A stretch of 64,000 bases of DNA, from positions 8,060 to 72,059 of IMG/VR virus record IMGVR_UViG_3300028045_000010; one strand, given 5' to 3'. This document shows, in pieces, positions 9,369-16,302 of the stretch. The notes below the pieces were generated by a model. The model was not told the DNA's origin and made no database searches. It was given only the letters and a program-made list of their open reading frames with translations. Position 1 is the stretch's first letter. Each line of letters begins with the position of its first letter. The DNA is from a virus. A program made the position numbers and the translations under genes.

Positions 9369-9693
9369 TCTGTAAGTTTATTAAATTACCTAAGATTTCT
9401 CTATCAATTTCTTGAGCTAATTGTCTTGATAGCATATCTGTTAGTTCAGCTTCAACATCAAATGGATTAAATTTTTTTGGTACATACTTTTCAATTAATA
9501 ATATTTTTTTATATACATTCTCAGGCTCTTCAGGCTCATAACTATGAGTATAGTAGTCTAAATCTTGAGCAAGTTCAGGAGTCCAAGAACATCTTAAACG
9601 TCTAGTTTCTCCTGTTACTTGAACAGAAGTTAGTTTTAAAGAAATCTCCCTAACCTTTTCTATTAAAAGATTTCTTTTAAATACAGTATCCAT
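9361..9693 (-). CDS. mini-protein: gp23-type major capsid fragment interrupted by a YKKILLIEKY motif
   Basis: RRLRCSWTPELAQDL...DVEAELTDMLSRQLAQEIDREIL resembles T4 gp23 RQLKAAYSIELAQDL...DADAELSGILATEIMLEINREVV. Confidence 0.8.
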   Translation of the reverse strand: MDTVFKRNLLIEKVREISLKLTSVQVTGETRRLRCSWTPELAQDLDYYTHSYEPEEPENVYKKILLIEKYVPKKFNPFDVEAELTDMLSRQLAQEIDREILGNLINLQNE

Positions 9694-9767
9694 TTATGCA
9701 ATATAGGAAAATAATAATAAATATAAATAACAATTTTTAATGATATTTATATATAAATAATATTTAT

Positions 9768-10343
9768 ATGAATTCTTTAGAAATAATAGGAAATGAAATA
9801 TTTAACAAATTTCCTTTCACAGATTTGCCAGAAACTAGAAAAGAGGTTGATTGGAGCAATAGAGATGTAAAAGGTTGGGGCAATATTAATGTGCCAAGCA
9901 TATCTGATGGCGATGCTTCTATGACAATTTTTTCTAAAAAAGACTTAGAAGATTATATAGAAAATTTTAAAAATAAATTTTCAGAAGAGCCAATATTTTT
10001 ACTAGACAATGACGCAGATTGGTTTGATAAAGTTAAAATAACAAATAACGATTTTAATGAATGGAAGAACAATTACATTAATGCAAAAGGTGAAACTCTT
10101 AAAAAGTGGGGAACTACAAACGAAAACTTAGAAATAAGAAAAGTAGTAAGAGAAGTTATATCAGAAGCTTTTGAAGATTATGACATGTCTTTTTTAGAGA
10201 AATTAAAATTAAAACTAAAAGGAGTTTCTGAAGAAAAGTTAAAATATAATATTGAAAACGATTTACCTTGGGATTGGAAAGGTTCTAAAGAAGGTTTTTA
10301 CGAAAAAATGGAGCCTAGAAGAAATAATGCTGGCTCTAACTAA
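9768..10343 (+). CDS. hypothetical protein with internal EIRKVVREVISE motif
   Basis: ORF preceded by TATTTAT. Confidence 0.65.
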   Translation: MNSLEIIGNEIFNKFPFTDLPETRKEVDWSNRDVKGWGNINVPSISDGDASMTIFSKKDLEDYIENFKNKFSEEPIFLLDNDADWFDKVKITNNDFNEWKNNYINAKGETLKKWGTTNENLEIRKVVREVISEAFEDYDMSFLEKLKLKLKGVSEEKLKYNIENDLPWDWKGSKEGFYEKMEPRRNNAGSN

Positions 10344-10348
10344 AAAAA

Positions 10349-10627
10349 GTGTCTATGAAAGATAAAGTTAAACGTATATTTTTACAAACATTTGCAACTC
10401 ATATAGGCAGAATAATGTTTGGTGCACTATTGTCAATAGTAGGCGGTATTATGACTCCTAACGGAACTATTGGAGAGTTAATTTACAATTACGATGAGGG
10501 TGGATTTTGGAAAGTGCTGTTTTATATAGGAGTGATTTTATTTACTGGTGAATGTCTTTTGTTTATAGCGTATGGTCTAATCATAAATCCAATCAAAAGT
10601 CTTATAAAGAAAATAAAGAATAAATAA
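10349..10627 (+). CDS. small two-TM membrane protein
   Basis: Two hydrophobic helices and a basic C-terminus. Confidence 0.65.
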   Translation: MSMKDKVKRIFLQTFATHIGRIMFGALLSIVGGIMTPNGTIGELIYNYDEGGFWKVLFYIGVILFTGECLLFIAYGLIINPIKSLIKKIKNK

Positions 10628-10654
10628 TATACATTTATTTAATATTTTAAAAAA

Positions 10655-10889
10655 CACCAAAGACGAGCGTAACCCAAATTCTGTTTCAATTTCATCATTT
10701 ATCTATTGGCCACTTACCCGACCCTTAGCATTGCTCACCTGCAGGTCTGTTTGTGTTGCATCCTCGGAAGTGCAAACGTGCGCTTATGAACTTAATCACT
10801 TGCCCCTCACTCCTTCCTTAAGCAAAGATGTTTGGAGTTTCCTCTCTTCCCAAATATGGGTTAGAGCGATGAATCCTCTTTCTTTGATG
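10655..10889 (-). ncRNA. rnpB: minimal RNase P RNA (~235 nt)
   Basis: Minus strand has GAGGAAACUCCAAAC and AUAGAUAAAUGA...ACAGAAUUUGGGUUAC. P4 (AAC-U-CCAAA/UUUGGGUU with bulged U), P1 (CAUCAAAGA/UCUUUGGUG), P2 (UUCAUC/GAUGAA), P3 and P5 all pair. Confidence 0.85.
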
Positions 10890-11163
10890 TTTTTTCTGTT
10901 AAAAGTTTTTTTTCATATCTATCATAATGACCTGCAAAAAGAAGTTCTAATTTGGCCATTTCTTCTATACTAAAATCATAACTGCCAGATAGCATGTGTT
11001 TTGATTTACTTTTTGTAAATCCTACTTTTTTAGACAAGTCTTCTGTTGTCATTTTCTTCTTGGAAAGATATGCCCTTATATTATCAGCAATATTAGCAGA
11101 GTAAATGTGAAATCTAACTTGCCAATCAGGTGCTTGATTTAATAAGTTTCTATCTTCTTTCAT
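10861..11163 (-). CDS. XRE/Cro-like HTH protein with C-terminal YEKKLLTEK motif variant
   Basis: NIRAYLSKKKMTTEDLSKKVGFTKS...HMLSG. Confidence 0.65.
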   Translation of the reverse strand: MKEDRNLLNQAPDWQVRFHIYSANIADNIRAYLSKKKMTTEDLSKKVGFTKSKSKHMLSGSYDFSIEEMAKLELLFAGHYDRYEKKLLTEKTSKKEDSSL

Positions 11164-11167
11164 TTCA

Positions 11168-11566
11168 TTAGTTTAGAATAGATTTAATAATTTCAGAAAC
11201 AACTTTATTGTCAGCTTGACCTTTAAAGTTCTTATTAAATTCTCCCATTATTTGTCCTATGTTATTTAGCCCATTATGCATATAATTAGTTACAATTTCC
11301 TTAATTCTTTCTTCATCCATTTGTGCAGGCAAATAAGGAGCAATATATTCTAATTCTTTCTTAGACTCTTCTGTGCCTGTTTGTTTTAAAGACTTTTCCA
11401 TTTTCTTTAAAATTTTTAAAACATTTTCATCAGTTGATTCTGTTCCTCTTCCCTCTTGTAATTGAATTTCTCCCCTTACAACTCCAAGAAAATTTTTTTT
11501 ATCTAAATTTTTAGCCTTAAAAGCATCCATAAAATCTTTAGATATTCTATTTTTTAAATTACTCAT
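11168..11566 (-). CDS. YqeY/GatB-domain tRNA-binding-like protein
   Basis: LKNRISKDFMDAFKAK...YLPAQMDEE...GQIMG...GQADNKVVS. Confidence 0.8.
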   Translation of the reverse strand: MSNLKNRISKDFMDAFKAKNLDKKNFLGVVRGEIQLQEGRGTESTDENVLKILKKMEKSLKQTGTEESKKELEYIAPYLPAQMDEERIKEIVTNYMHNGLNNIGQIMGEFNKNFKGQADNKVVSEIIKSILN

Positions 11567-11647
11567 TATTATTTTTTTTCTTTAACGTAATATAATACAA
11601 AAAATTACAAATTAAATAAAAAACAAAATATTTTAATATTTATTGTT

Positions 11648-12070
11648 ATGAATGAAATAAGACAACTAATAAGAGAAGCTTTAGATTCAAAAGAAGATAG
11701 ATATGTTACAGAAGACGTTTCTTTAAGTTTGAGTTTAAACAATATATTAGGACCAGATGATTATTTTGATGAAAGTAAAGCTTCTATAGAGTGGAGTTTA
11801 TATACTGATGAAAAAAGCTATGGAATACGTACCATAAAGCCTATGATACATAAAATAATTTTAAAATCTAAAATATGGAGAGAAGACACAGAGGAGTTAG
11901 ATGAGTTTGAAAAAGTGTATGATTTTGAACATGGAATTGTAGATGGAGGTATTTTCGAGGAGTTTAAGATAAACATTGAAAAAAATAATAATGCTGACTC
12001 ATTTTTTCCAACAGAAATATCAATATATGAAGATTTTAATTCTATTGACATAGAATTTCAGTATCCGTAA
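11648..12070 (+). CDS. acidic hypothetical protein with MNEIRQLIRE leader
   Basis: TATTTAT immediately upstream. Confidence 0.65.
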   Translation: MNEIRQLIREALDSKEDRYVTEDVSLSLSLNNILGPDDYFDESKASIEWSLYTDEKSYGIRTIKPMIHKIILKSKIWREDTEELDEFEKVYDFEHGIVDGGIFEEFKINIEKNNNADSFFPTEISIYEDFNSIDIEFQYP

Positions 12071-12084
12071 ATAAAATTTATAAA

Positions 12085-12183
12085 ATGAAATTAGTAAAAG
12101 CCAACTATAAAGACCCCAATTCTGACCATAATGATGACGAATGGGACGATGAAGACTGGTTTAATGAACATCCGATATTTTAA
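12085..12183 (+). CDS. 32-aa acidic peptide MKLVKANYKDPNSDHNDDEWDDEDWFNEHPIF
   Basis: Translated by hand; A-rich start context; followed by a structured RNA/terminator. Confidence 0.5.
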   Translation: MKLVKANYKDPNSDHNDDEWDDEDWFNEHPIF

Positions 12184-12186
12184 AAT

Positions 12187-12255
12187 ACGGTTAGGACCCG
12201 TTATAGTTTAGGCTATATTTGCCATCCAAAATTCGCTACTTTGGATGGTTTTTTT
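12187..12255 (+). terminator. three tandem hairpins ending in an intrinsic terminator
   Basis: acgg-ttaggac-ccgt; tatagt-ttag-gctata; ccatccaaa-attcgctac-tttggatgg followed by a T-run. Confidence 0.65.
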
Positions 12256-12417
12256 GTTTAAAAAACTTTATATATCAACAAAAAGCACAATCTTATTAAC
12301 ATAAAATCAATATAAAACTTCCATATAGAGTCTGTGTAAAAGATTGTTTAAAAGTGTAAATTGTATAAATATTTTCGTCAATTATTTATTACATAAAACA
12401 ATTAAAAACTAAAAATT

Positions 12418-12819
12418 ATGAAAAAATTTATTTTAACATTTGCTATTGCAACTATAGCCTTATGTGGATTCTCTCAAGATAAGGGAGTTACTCAATTAAG
12501 CGTATTACACGTATCATCATCAGATGTTACCATCAACGTTTCTTCACCTTCATTAACTTATTATTTTATAGATAATATGGGTCTTACTTTAGGTATTGCA
12601 AACTTTAATGATATCAACTTAGGTGCACGATACTATGTAAAAGACAACAATTTTGCCTATGCTGGTTATGGGACAAATTCTGAATCTTTGAATTTAGGAT
12701 TAGGAAAATCTTTTGGATGGGGAGACCATATACAAATAGAGCCTAGACTTAATTTTACTGACGTTATCAGTGATGACAGAAACCTAAATTTAAGCGTTCA
12801 TTTAAATATGAAATTTTAA
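12418..12819 (+). CDS. small outer-membrane beta-barrel protein (Bacteroidetes type)
   Basis: Signal peptide MKKFILTFAIATIALCGFSQ, alternating beta-strand pattern (LGARYY, IEPRLNF), C-terminal Phe. Confidence 0.7.
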   Translation: MKKFILTFAIATIALCGFSQDKGVTQLSVLHVSSSDVTINVSSPSLTYYFIDNMGLTLGIANFNDINLGARYYVKDNNFAYAGYGTNSESLNLGLGKSFGWGDHIQIEPRLNFTDVISDDRNLNLSVHLNMKF

Positions 12820-12836
12820 TTAAATACAATTTTATA

Positions 12837-12868
12837 AAACCACTTAAAAATAAATTTTGGGTGGTTTT
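12837..12868 (+). terminator. intrinsic terminator
   Basis: aaaccactta...tgggtggtttt hairpin after the OMP gene. Confidence 0.55.
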
Positions 12869-12918
12869 ATTTAAAAGTTTAATATTTATTACAAACTAAC
12901 AATTAAAAATAAAAAACA

Positions 12919-13137
12919 ATGAAAAAATTTATTTCAGATTTATTTAAAGAATCTACAGATGGAAAAACATCTTCAAAAAAGTTTTGGGGAAATGTGTTTT
13001 TAACACTATGCGGTCTAACTTATGTATTAGACGGATTTCACTTCTATGCAGTAAGTATGGATTTATTTAACCCAACATTAATCGCAGGATGTGCCTTAAT
13101 AGGATTAAGAACTGTCGGAGGAATGTTTAAAAGTTAA
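12919..13137 (+). CDS. small two-TM protein (holin-like)
   Basis: GKTSSKKFWG followed by two TM segments. Confidence 0.55.
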   Translation: MKKFISDLFKESTDGKTSSKKFWGNVFLTLCGLTYVLDGFHFYAVSMDLFNPTLIAGCALIGLRTVGGMFKS

Positions 13138-13170
13138 TAATTTAACACAAAACAATAAACAAAAAACAAC

Positions 13171-13392
13171 ATGGAAATTTTAAACACAGTAAAATCCTGG
13201 GTAACAGGAATCAGTCAAGTATTAGTAGCCTTAGTAGGTTTGGCAGTTTTAGCAGAAATTGCTTTCGGCCAATTCTTAGGTGAAGTAAGCGTAATTAACA
13301 ACATTATTGATGTTGTATCAAGATTTGGAGAAAGAGGATTTGTAGGACTAGTAGCTCTATTTGTCGTTTTTCACTTTACTAACAAAAAGTAA
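13171..13392 (+). CDS. small two-TM protein (holin-like)
   Basis: Two TM segments; GFVGLVAL. Confidence 0.55.
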   Translation: MEILNTVKSWVTGISQVLVALVGLAVLAEIAFGQFLGEVSVINNIIDVVSRFGERGFVGLVALFVVFHFTNKK

Positions 13393-13401
13393 TAAACAAT
13401 T

Positions 13402-13440
13402 AAAATAAAAGGAACCGTAATTATAGTTCCTTTTATTTTT
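13402..13440. terminator. bidirectional terminator
   Basis: aaaataaaaggaac...gttccttttatttt between convergent genes. Confidence 0.65.
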
Positions 13441-13459
13441 TTTATATTTTCATATAGAC

Positions 13460-13954
13460 TTATGTTACTATTCCAACATAAACATTCCAAGATTCATGAA
13501 CTTTTTTAAATTTTTCAACAAAATATAAATAAGTTGGTCTAAAAGGCTCATGACTCATATTCATACCAGCTTCTTCTGGTGTCTTGTTGTCTTTTTTTGT
13601 ATTACAAGAACTACAGCAACTAACTAAATTAATCCACCTATTTTTCCCTCCTCTAGACTTAGGCATAACATGGTCAATGGTTAAATTTTCTTTATCACCA
13701 CAATATATACACTTATAATCATCTCTTCTAAAAATGTTTTCTCTAGATAGATTAACTTTTCTAAAAGGAACAGAAATGTATCTTAATAACCTTATTACAG
13801 TAGGTCTTTTATAATTTTTTCTAGAAGTAACTATAGGCATTTCAGATAAGTGCTCTACTATTTCTGCCTTACCTTTAAACACTAAATTAAATCCTCTTAT
13901 TAAAGTTGTAACGTTTATCGGCTGATAAGCGTTGTTCAATACCAATACTTGCAT
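13460..13954 (-). CDS. HNH endonuclease (McrA/HNH_5-like)
   Basis: VLVLNNAYQP...RENIFRRDDYKCIYCG...LTIDHVMPKSRGG...WINLVSCCSSCN. Confidence 0.9.
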   Translation of the reverse strand: MQVLVLNNAYQPINVTTLIRGFNLVFKGKAEIVEHLSEMPIVTSRKNYKRPTVIRLLRYISVPFRKVNLSRENIFRRDDYKCIYCGDKENLTIDHVMPKSRGGKNRWINLVSCCSSCNTKKDNKTPEEAGMNMSHEPFRPTYLYFVEKFKKVHESWNVYVGIVT

Positions 13955-14008
13955 ACCTAATCTTTTTTATAAATATAACTTACTTTTTACTGTTTTAAAA
14001 ATTTTTTG

Positions 14009-14087
14009 TTGCGATTTCAAGATTCGAACTTGACAGGGGGATATCTCCCAAAAAGGCTCATGAGACCTTCCTTACACCATTATCGCA
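14009..14087 (-). tRNA. atypical tRNA(CAT): D-arm nearly absent, long variable arm
   Basis: Acceptor UGCGAU/AUCGCA; anticodon arm AAGGU-CUCAUGA-GCCUU; T arm UCAAG-UUCGAAU-CUUGA. Confidence 0.55.
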
Positions 14088-14094
14088 ATTTTAG

Positions 14095-14167
<73 letters not shown>

Positions 14168-14182
14168 ATATATTTTACACTG

Positions 14183-14256
14183 TTGCGATGGAGAGAATTG
14201 AACTCCCAGCCTCAGGGTTATGATTCCTGCGCTCTAACCAATTGAGCTACATCGCA
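14183..14256 (-). tRNA. tRNA(CAT), elongator Met or Ile2
   Basis: Cloverleaf UGCGAUG/CAUCGCA, loop AUCAUAA. Confidence 0.8.
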
Positions 14257-14264
14257 ATAAAGTA

Positions 14265-14350
14265 ATGCTATGTGTGGCTCCATCGGTCTCTGCTCCTTTA
14301 CCGCAGATTTAAATAACTGGGGCAGACATTGTACCACATACATATAGCAT
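14265..14350 (-). ncRNA. unassigned rod-like structured RNA inside the tRNA array
   Basis: Ends pair (AUGCUAU...GUGG / CCAC...AUAGCAU), with inner GUCUGC/GCAG-GAC pairing. Confidence 0.5.
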
Positions 14351-14356
14351 CACTAG

Positions 14357-14429
14357 TGGGAATGGATGGAATCGAACCATCGACACATGGATTTTCAGTC
14401 CATTGCTCTACCAACTGAGCTACATCCCC
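14357..14429 (-). tRNA. tRNA-Phe(GAA)
   Basis: Canonical cloverleaf; AUGGA-CUGAAAA-UCCAU. Confidence 0.95.
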
Positions 14430-14434
14430 ATTTG

Positions 14435-14521
14435 TAGGAGTAGAGGGATTCGAACCCACGTTAACCAATAAAGGCCTCTTGCATGTAAAACAAGCGCTCT
14501 AACCAACTGAGCTATACTCCT
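14435..14521 (-). tRNA. tRNA-Val(TAC) with expanded variable arm
   Basis: CUUGU-UUUACAU-GCAAG; 18-nt variable region AGGCCUUUAUUGGUUAAC. Confidence 0.8.
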
Positions 14522-14525
14522 ATTG

Positions 14526-14598
14526 CGCTCCCTCTTGGATTTGAACCAAGGACCCCTCGCTTAACAGGCGAACGCTCTAACCACTGAGCTAAAGAAGC
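14526..14598 (-). tRNA. tRNA-Asn(GTT)
   Basis: Cloverleaf; loop CUGUUAA; G73. Confidence 0.9.
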
Positions 14599-14599
14599 A

Positions 14600-14674
14600 T
14601 GGCGGACGGTGGGGGATTTGAACCCCGACCTTTTGCGTGACAGGCAAATATGCAACCATTACACCACACCATCC
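14600..14674 (-). tRNA. tRNA-Asp(GTC), CCA encoded
   Basis: UUUGC-CUGUCAC-GCAAA; ends GCCA. Confidence 0.9.
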
Positions 14675-14681
14675 ATAATTG

Positions 14682-14756
14682 GGTAGGAAATGAGATTCGA
14701 ACTCACGACCCTCGACACCACAAATCGATGCTCTAACCAACTGAGCTATTCCTACC
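14682..14756 (-). tRNA. tRNA-His(GTG) with G-1
   Basis: UCGAU-UUGUGGU-GUCGA; G-1:C73. Confidence 0.9.
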
Positions 14757-14762
14757 ATATAT

Positions 14763-14981
14763 GTCTACGGAAATTATACTAGTAATTTCGTGCTCTACCA
14801 ATTGAGCTATCTCCCCATTTTATATGCATTCACGTATGTATAATATACCCGTTTGGGTATAATTTTATATGCATTCACGTATAATATACCCGTTTGGGTA
14901 TATTTTGTGGGGAGAGTAGGATTCGAACCTACACACCGTCGTTTACAGCGAATAGAAGTATCTAAATATATAGCCGTAGAC
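14763..14981 (-). ncRNA. permuted tRNA-Tyr(GTA)-like RNA / YrlA-type Y RNA
   Basis: The 3' tRNA half (14908-14951) lies upstream of the 5' half (14789-14816); termini GUCUACGG/CCGUAGAC pair. Confidence 0.75.
14817..14902. repeat. two ~41-45 bp direct repeats, each with an atatacccgtttgggtata hairpin
   Basis: attttatatgcattcacgta(tgta)taatatacccgtttgggtata occurs twice. Confidence 0.85.
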
Positions 14982-15016
14982 AATATTTTAATTTCAAAGA
15001 ACGTTTTCTTTTTCTG

Positions 15017-15089
15017 TCCCCCCGACAAGATTCGAACTTGTGACTTTCCGCTTAAAAGGCGGAAGCTCTACCAGCTGAGCTACGAGGGA
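15017..15089 (-). tRNA. tRNA-Lys(TTT)
   Basis: UCCGC-CUUUUAA-GCGGA. Confidence 0.9.
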
Positions 15090-15095
15090 ATGTTG

Positions 15096-15178
15096 AGGAG
15101 AAAGAGAGATTCGAACTCTCGCAACATTTCTGTCGTACACCTTAGCAGGGTGCTGCATTACCGCTCTGCCACTTCTCC
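15096..15178 (-). tRNA. tRNA-Ser(GCT)
   Basis: GCACC-CUGCUAA-GGUGU; long variable arm. Confidence 0.9.
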
Positions 15179-15180
15179 AA

Positions 15181-15393
15181 CTATATTACCAAATTTATTA
15201 ATACATAAACGTTAACATATTTTCCTTCTGTTATAAATTTTAATTCATTATTATCATATCCTTTTTTTATAGCCATTTGTTCTAATATATAATAGTAATC
15301 ATCAAAAAATTCTTCAAAATCTTCTCTGACAATTCTTTTTAAAAAGATTAATCTTTCTTCATCTGGTATTTCATTTATTTTCACTTTAGTCAT
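15181..15393 (-). CDS. hypothetical protein within the tRNA array
   Basis: ORF fills the gap between two tRNAs. Confidence 0.6.
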   Translation of the reverse strand: MTKVKINEIPDEERLIFLKRIVREDFEEFFDDYYYILEQMAIKKGYDNNELKFITEGKYVNVYVLINLVI

Positions 15394-15413
15394 AACAAAT
15401 ATTTATTTAGTTC

Positions 15414-15504
15414 TGGCGGAAAGTGGAGGAACCGACCCCCAGACAACTTAATGCCCTACAGTTTTCAAGACTGCCCGCCCTCCAATAGAGCTGCTTCACT
15501 TTCC
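15414..15504 (-). tRNA. tRNA-Ser(TGA) with 8/4 acceptor/T fold, CCA encoded
   Basis: GGAAAGUG/CACUUUCC-G-CCA; GCAGU-CUUGAAA-ACUGU; 4-bp T stem. Confidence 0.75.
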
Positions 15505-15529
15505 GTATTTTAATATTTTAAATAACACT

Positions 15530-16048
15530 TTATTCTTTTTTCACTTTCCACATTGGAACAAATCCTGCATATCCTTCATCTATAACATTTGCCCAATGGT
15601 CAAGATATCCATCTGCTCCAAATTGTTGTTGGCCTGGAGCTCGGAACTCTTGTCTTTTTTCATTCCACTGTGCTATTCCACCAAATCTTGCAACATTTTT
15701 TGCACCTTCTTCACAATCGTACCAAGCTCCATCTTCTAACTCTTCTTTTGGAATTGCTTTTTTTAATAATTCCAAATCTCTCTCTCTAGTCCATTCGATA
15801 CCTTTTATTCTCTCTTCACCGTTATACCTTTTTCTTTCATACTCTAAGATTTTATCAATCTTATCTTTATCTTTTATATCCTTTTCAAGCTTTTCTCTTT
15901 TATTTTTCCAAAACTCTTCTTCTTCCCACTCAATATAAAGTTTTACTAGTTTTACAATTCTTTCATTTTGTTCTTTACCGTATCTAGCTCCATAATTTGC
16001 TTTTACTAATCTATCGTACCAATCTTTATATTTTCCTTTAAATTCCAT
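15530..16048 (-). CDS. hypothetical protein, first gene after the attenuator
   Basis: 172-aa charged ORF. Confidence 0.7.
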   Translation of the reverse strand: MEFKGKYKDWYDRLVKANYGARYGKEQNERIVKLVKLYIEWEEEEFWKNKREKLEKDIKDKDKIDKILEYERKRYNGEERIKGIEWTRERDLELLKKAIPKEELEDGAWYDCEEGAKNVARFGGIAQWNEKRQEFRAPGQQQFGADGYLDHWANVIDEGYAGFVPMWKVKKE

Positions 16049-16066
16049 TTTTCAATTTTTAAGCAT

Positions 16067-16149
16067 AAAAAAACCCGAATCATTTTAAGTGATTCGGGTG
16101 TGTATAACGTTAGTTATTTTATGCGCTTAACTTACATCATAGCACACCC
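16067..16149 (-). promoter_or_regulatory. terminator/antiterminator (attenuator)
   Basis: Terminator ACCCGAAUCA...UGAUUCGGGU-U7; upstream GGGUGUG (16143-16149) is complementary to CACACCC overlapping the terminator 5' arm. Confidence 0.65.
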
Positions 16150-16249
16150 TTTTAAATCTTGATTTATTATCATCATGACTCATCGTTATGTTTCCAAAGA
16201 CTTTCGAATTGGAACAATAATTTGCGATATGTGTACTTGTAAGTTGCAA
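16127..16249 (-). CDS. 40-aa putative leader peptide (TTG start)
   Basis: MQLTSTHIANYCSNSKVFGNITMSHDDNKSRFKRVCYDVS; A-rich start context; overlaps the antiterminator strand. Confidence 0.5.
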   Translation of the reverse strand: MQLTSTHIANYCSNSKVFGNITMSHDDNKSRFKRVCYDVS

Positions 16250-16302
16250 AAGTTTTTAATTTTTATTATTACTAAATATATTCTATTTTTCTAAATCTGA
16301 TA

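Noticed and set aside
8481-9693. Intron-split or frameshifted real capsid gene
   Set aside because: The capsid pieces are in non-collinear order along the transcript, are mixed with a sheath piece, and most of the protein is missing; no intron structure seen.
10731-10973. 80-aa + strand ORF
   Set aside because: Antisense to the RNase P RNA and the HTH gene.
12187-12255. Pistol or twister ribozyme
   Set aside because: The first hairpin resembles pistol P1, but the required pseudoknot partner and core are not found.
14817-14902. Direct repeats as a mini CRISPR array
   Set aside because: Two adjacent copies with no spacer, and no cas genes nearby.
14763-14981. Two-piece (permuted) tmRNA
   Set aside because: Has a full D arm and anticodon, lacks G3-U70 and has no tag reading frame.
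14561-15215. ORFs 14561-14758, 14807-15028 and 14853-15215
   Set aside because: They overlap tRNA/ncRNA genes and are spurious translations.
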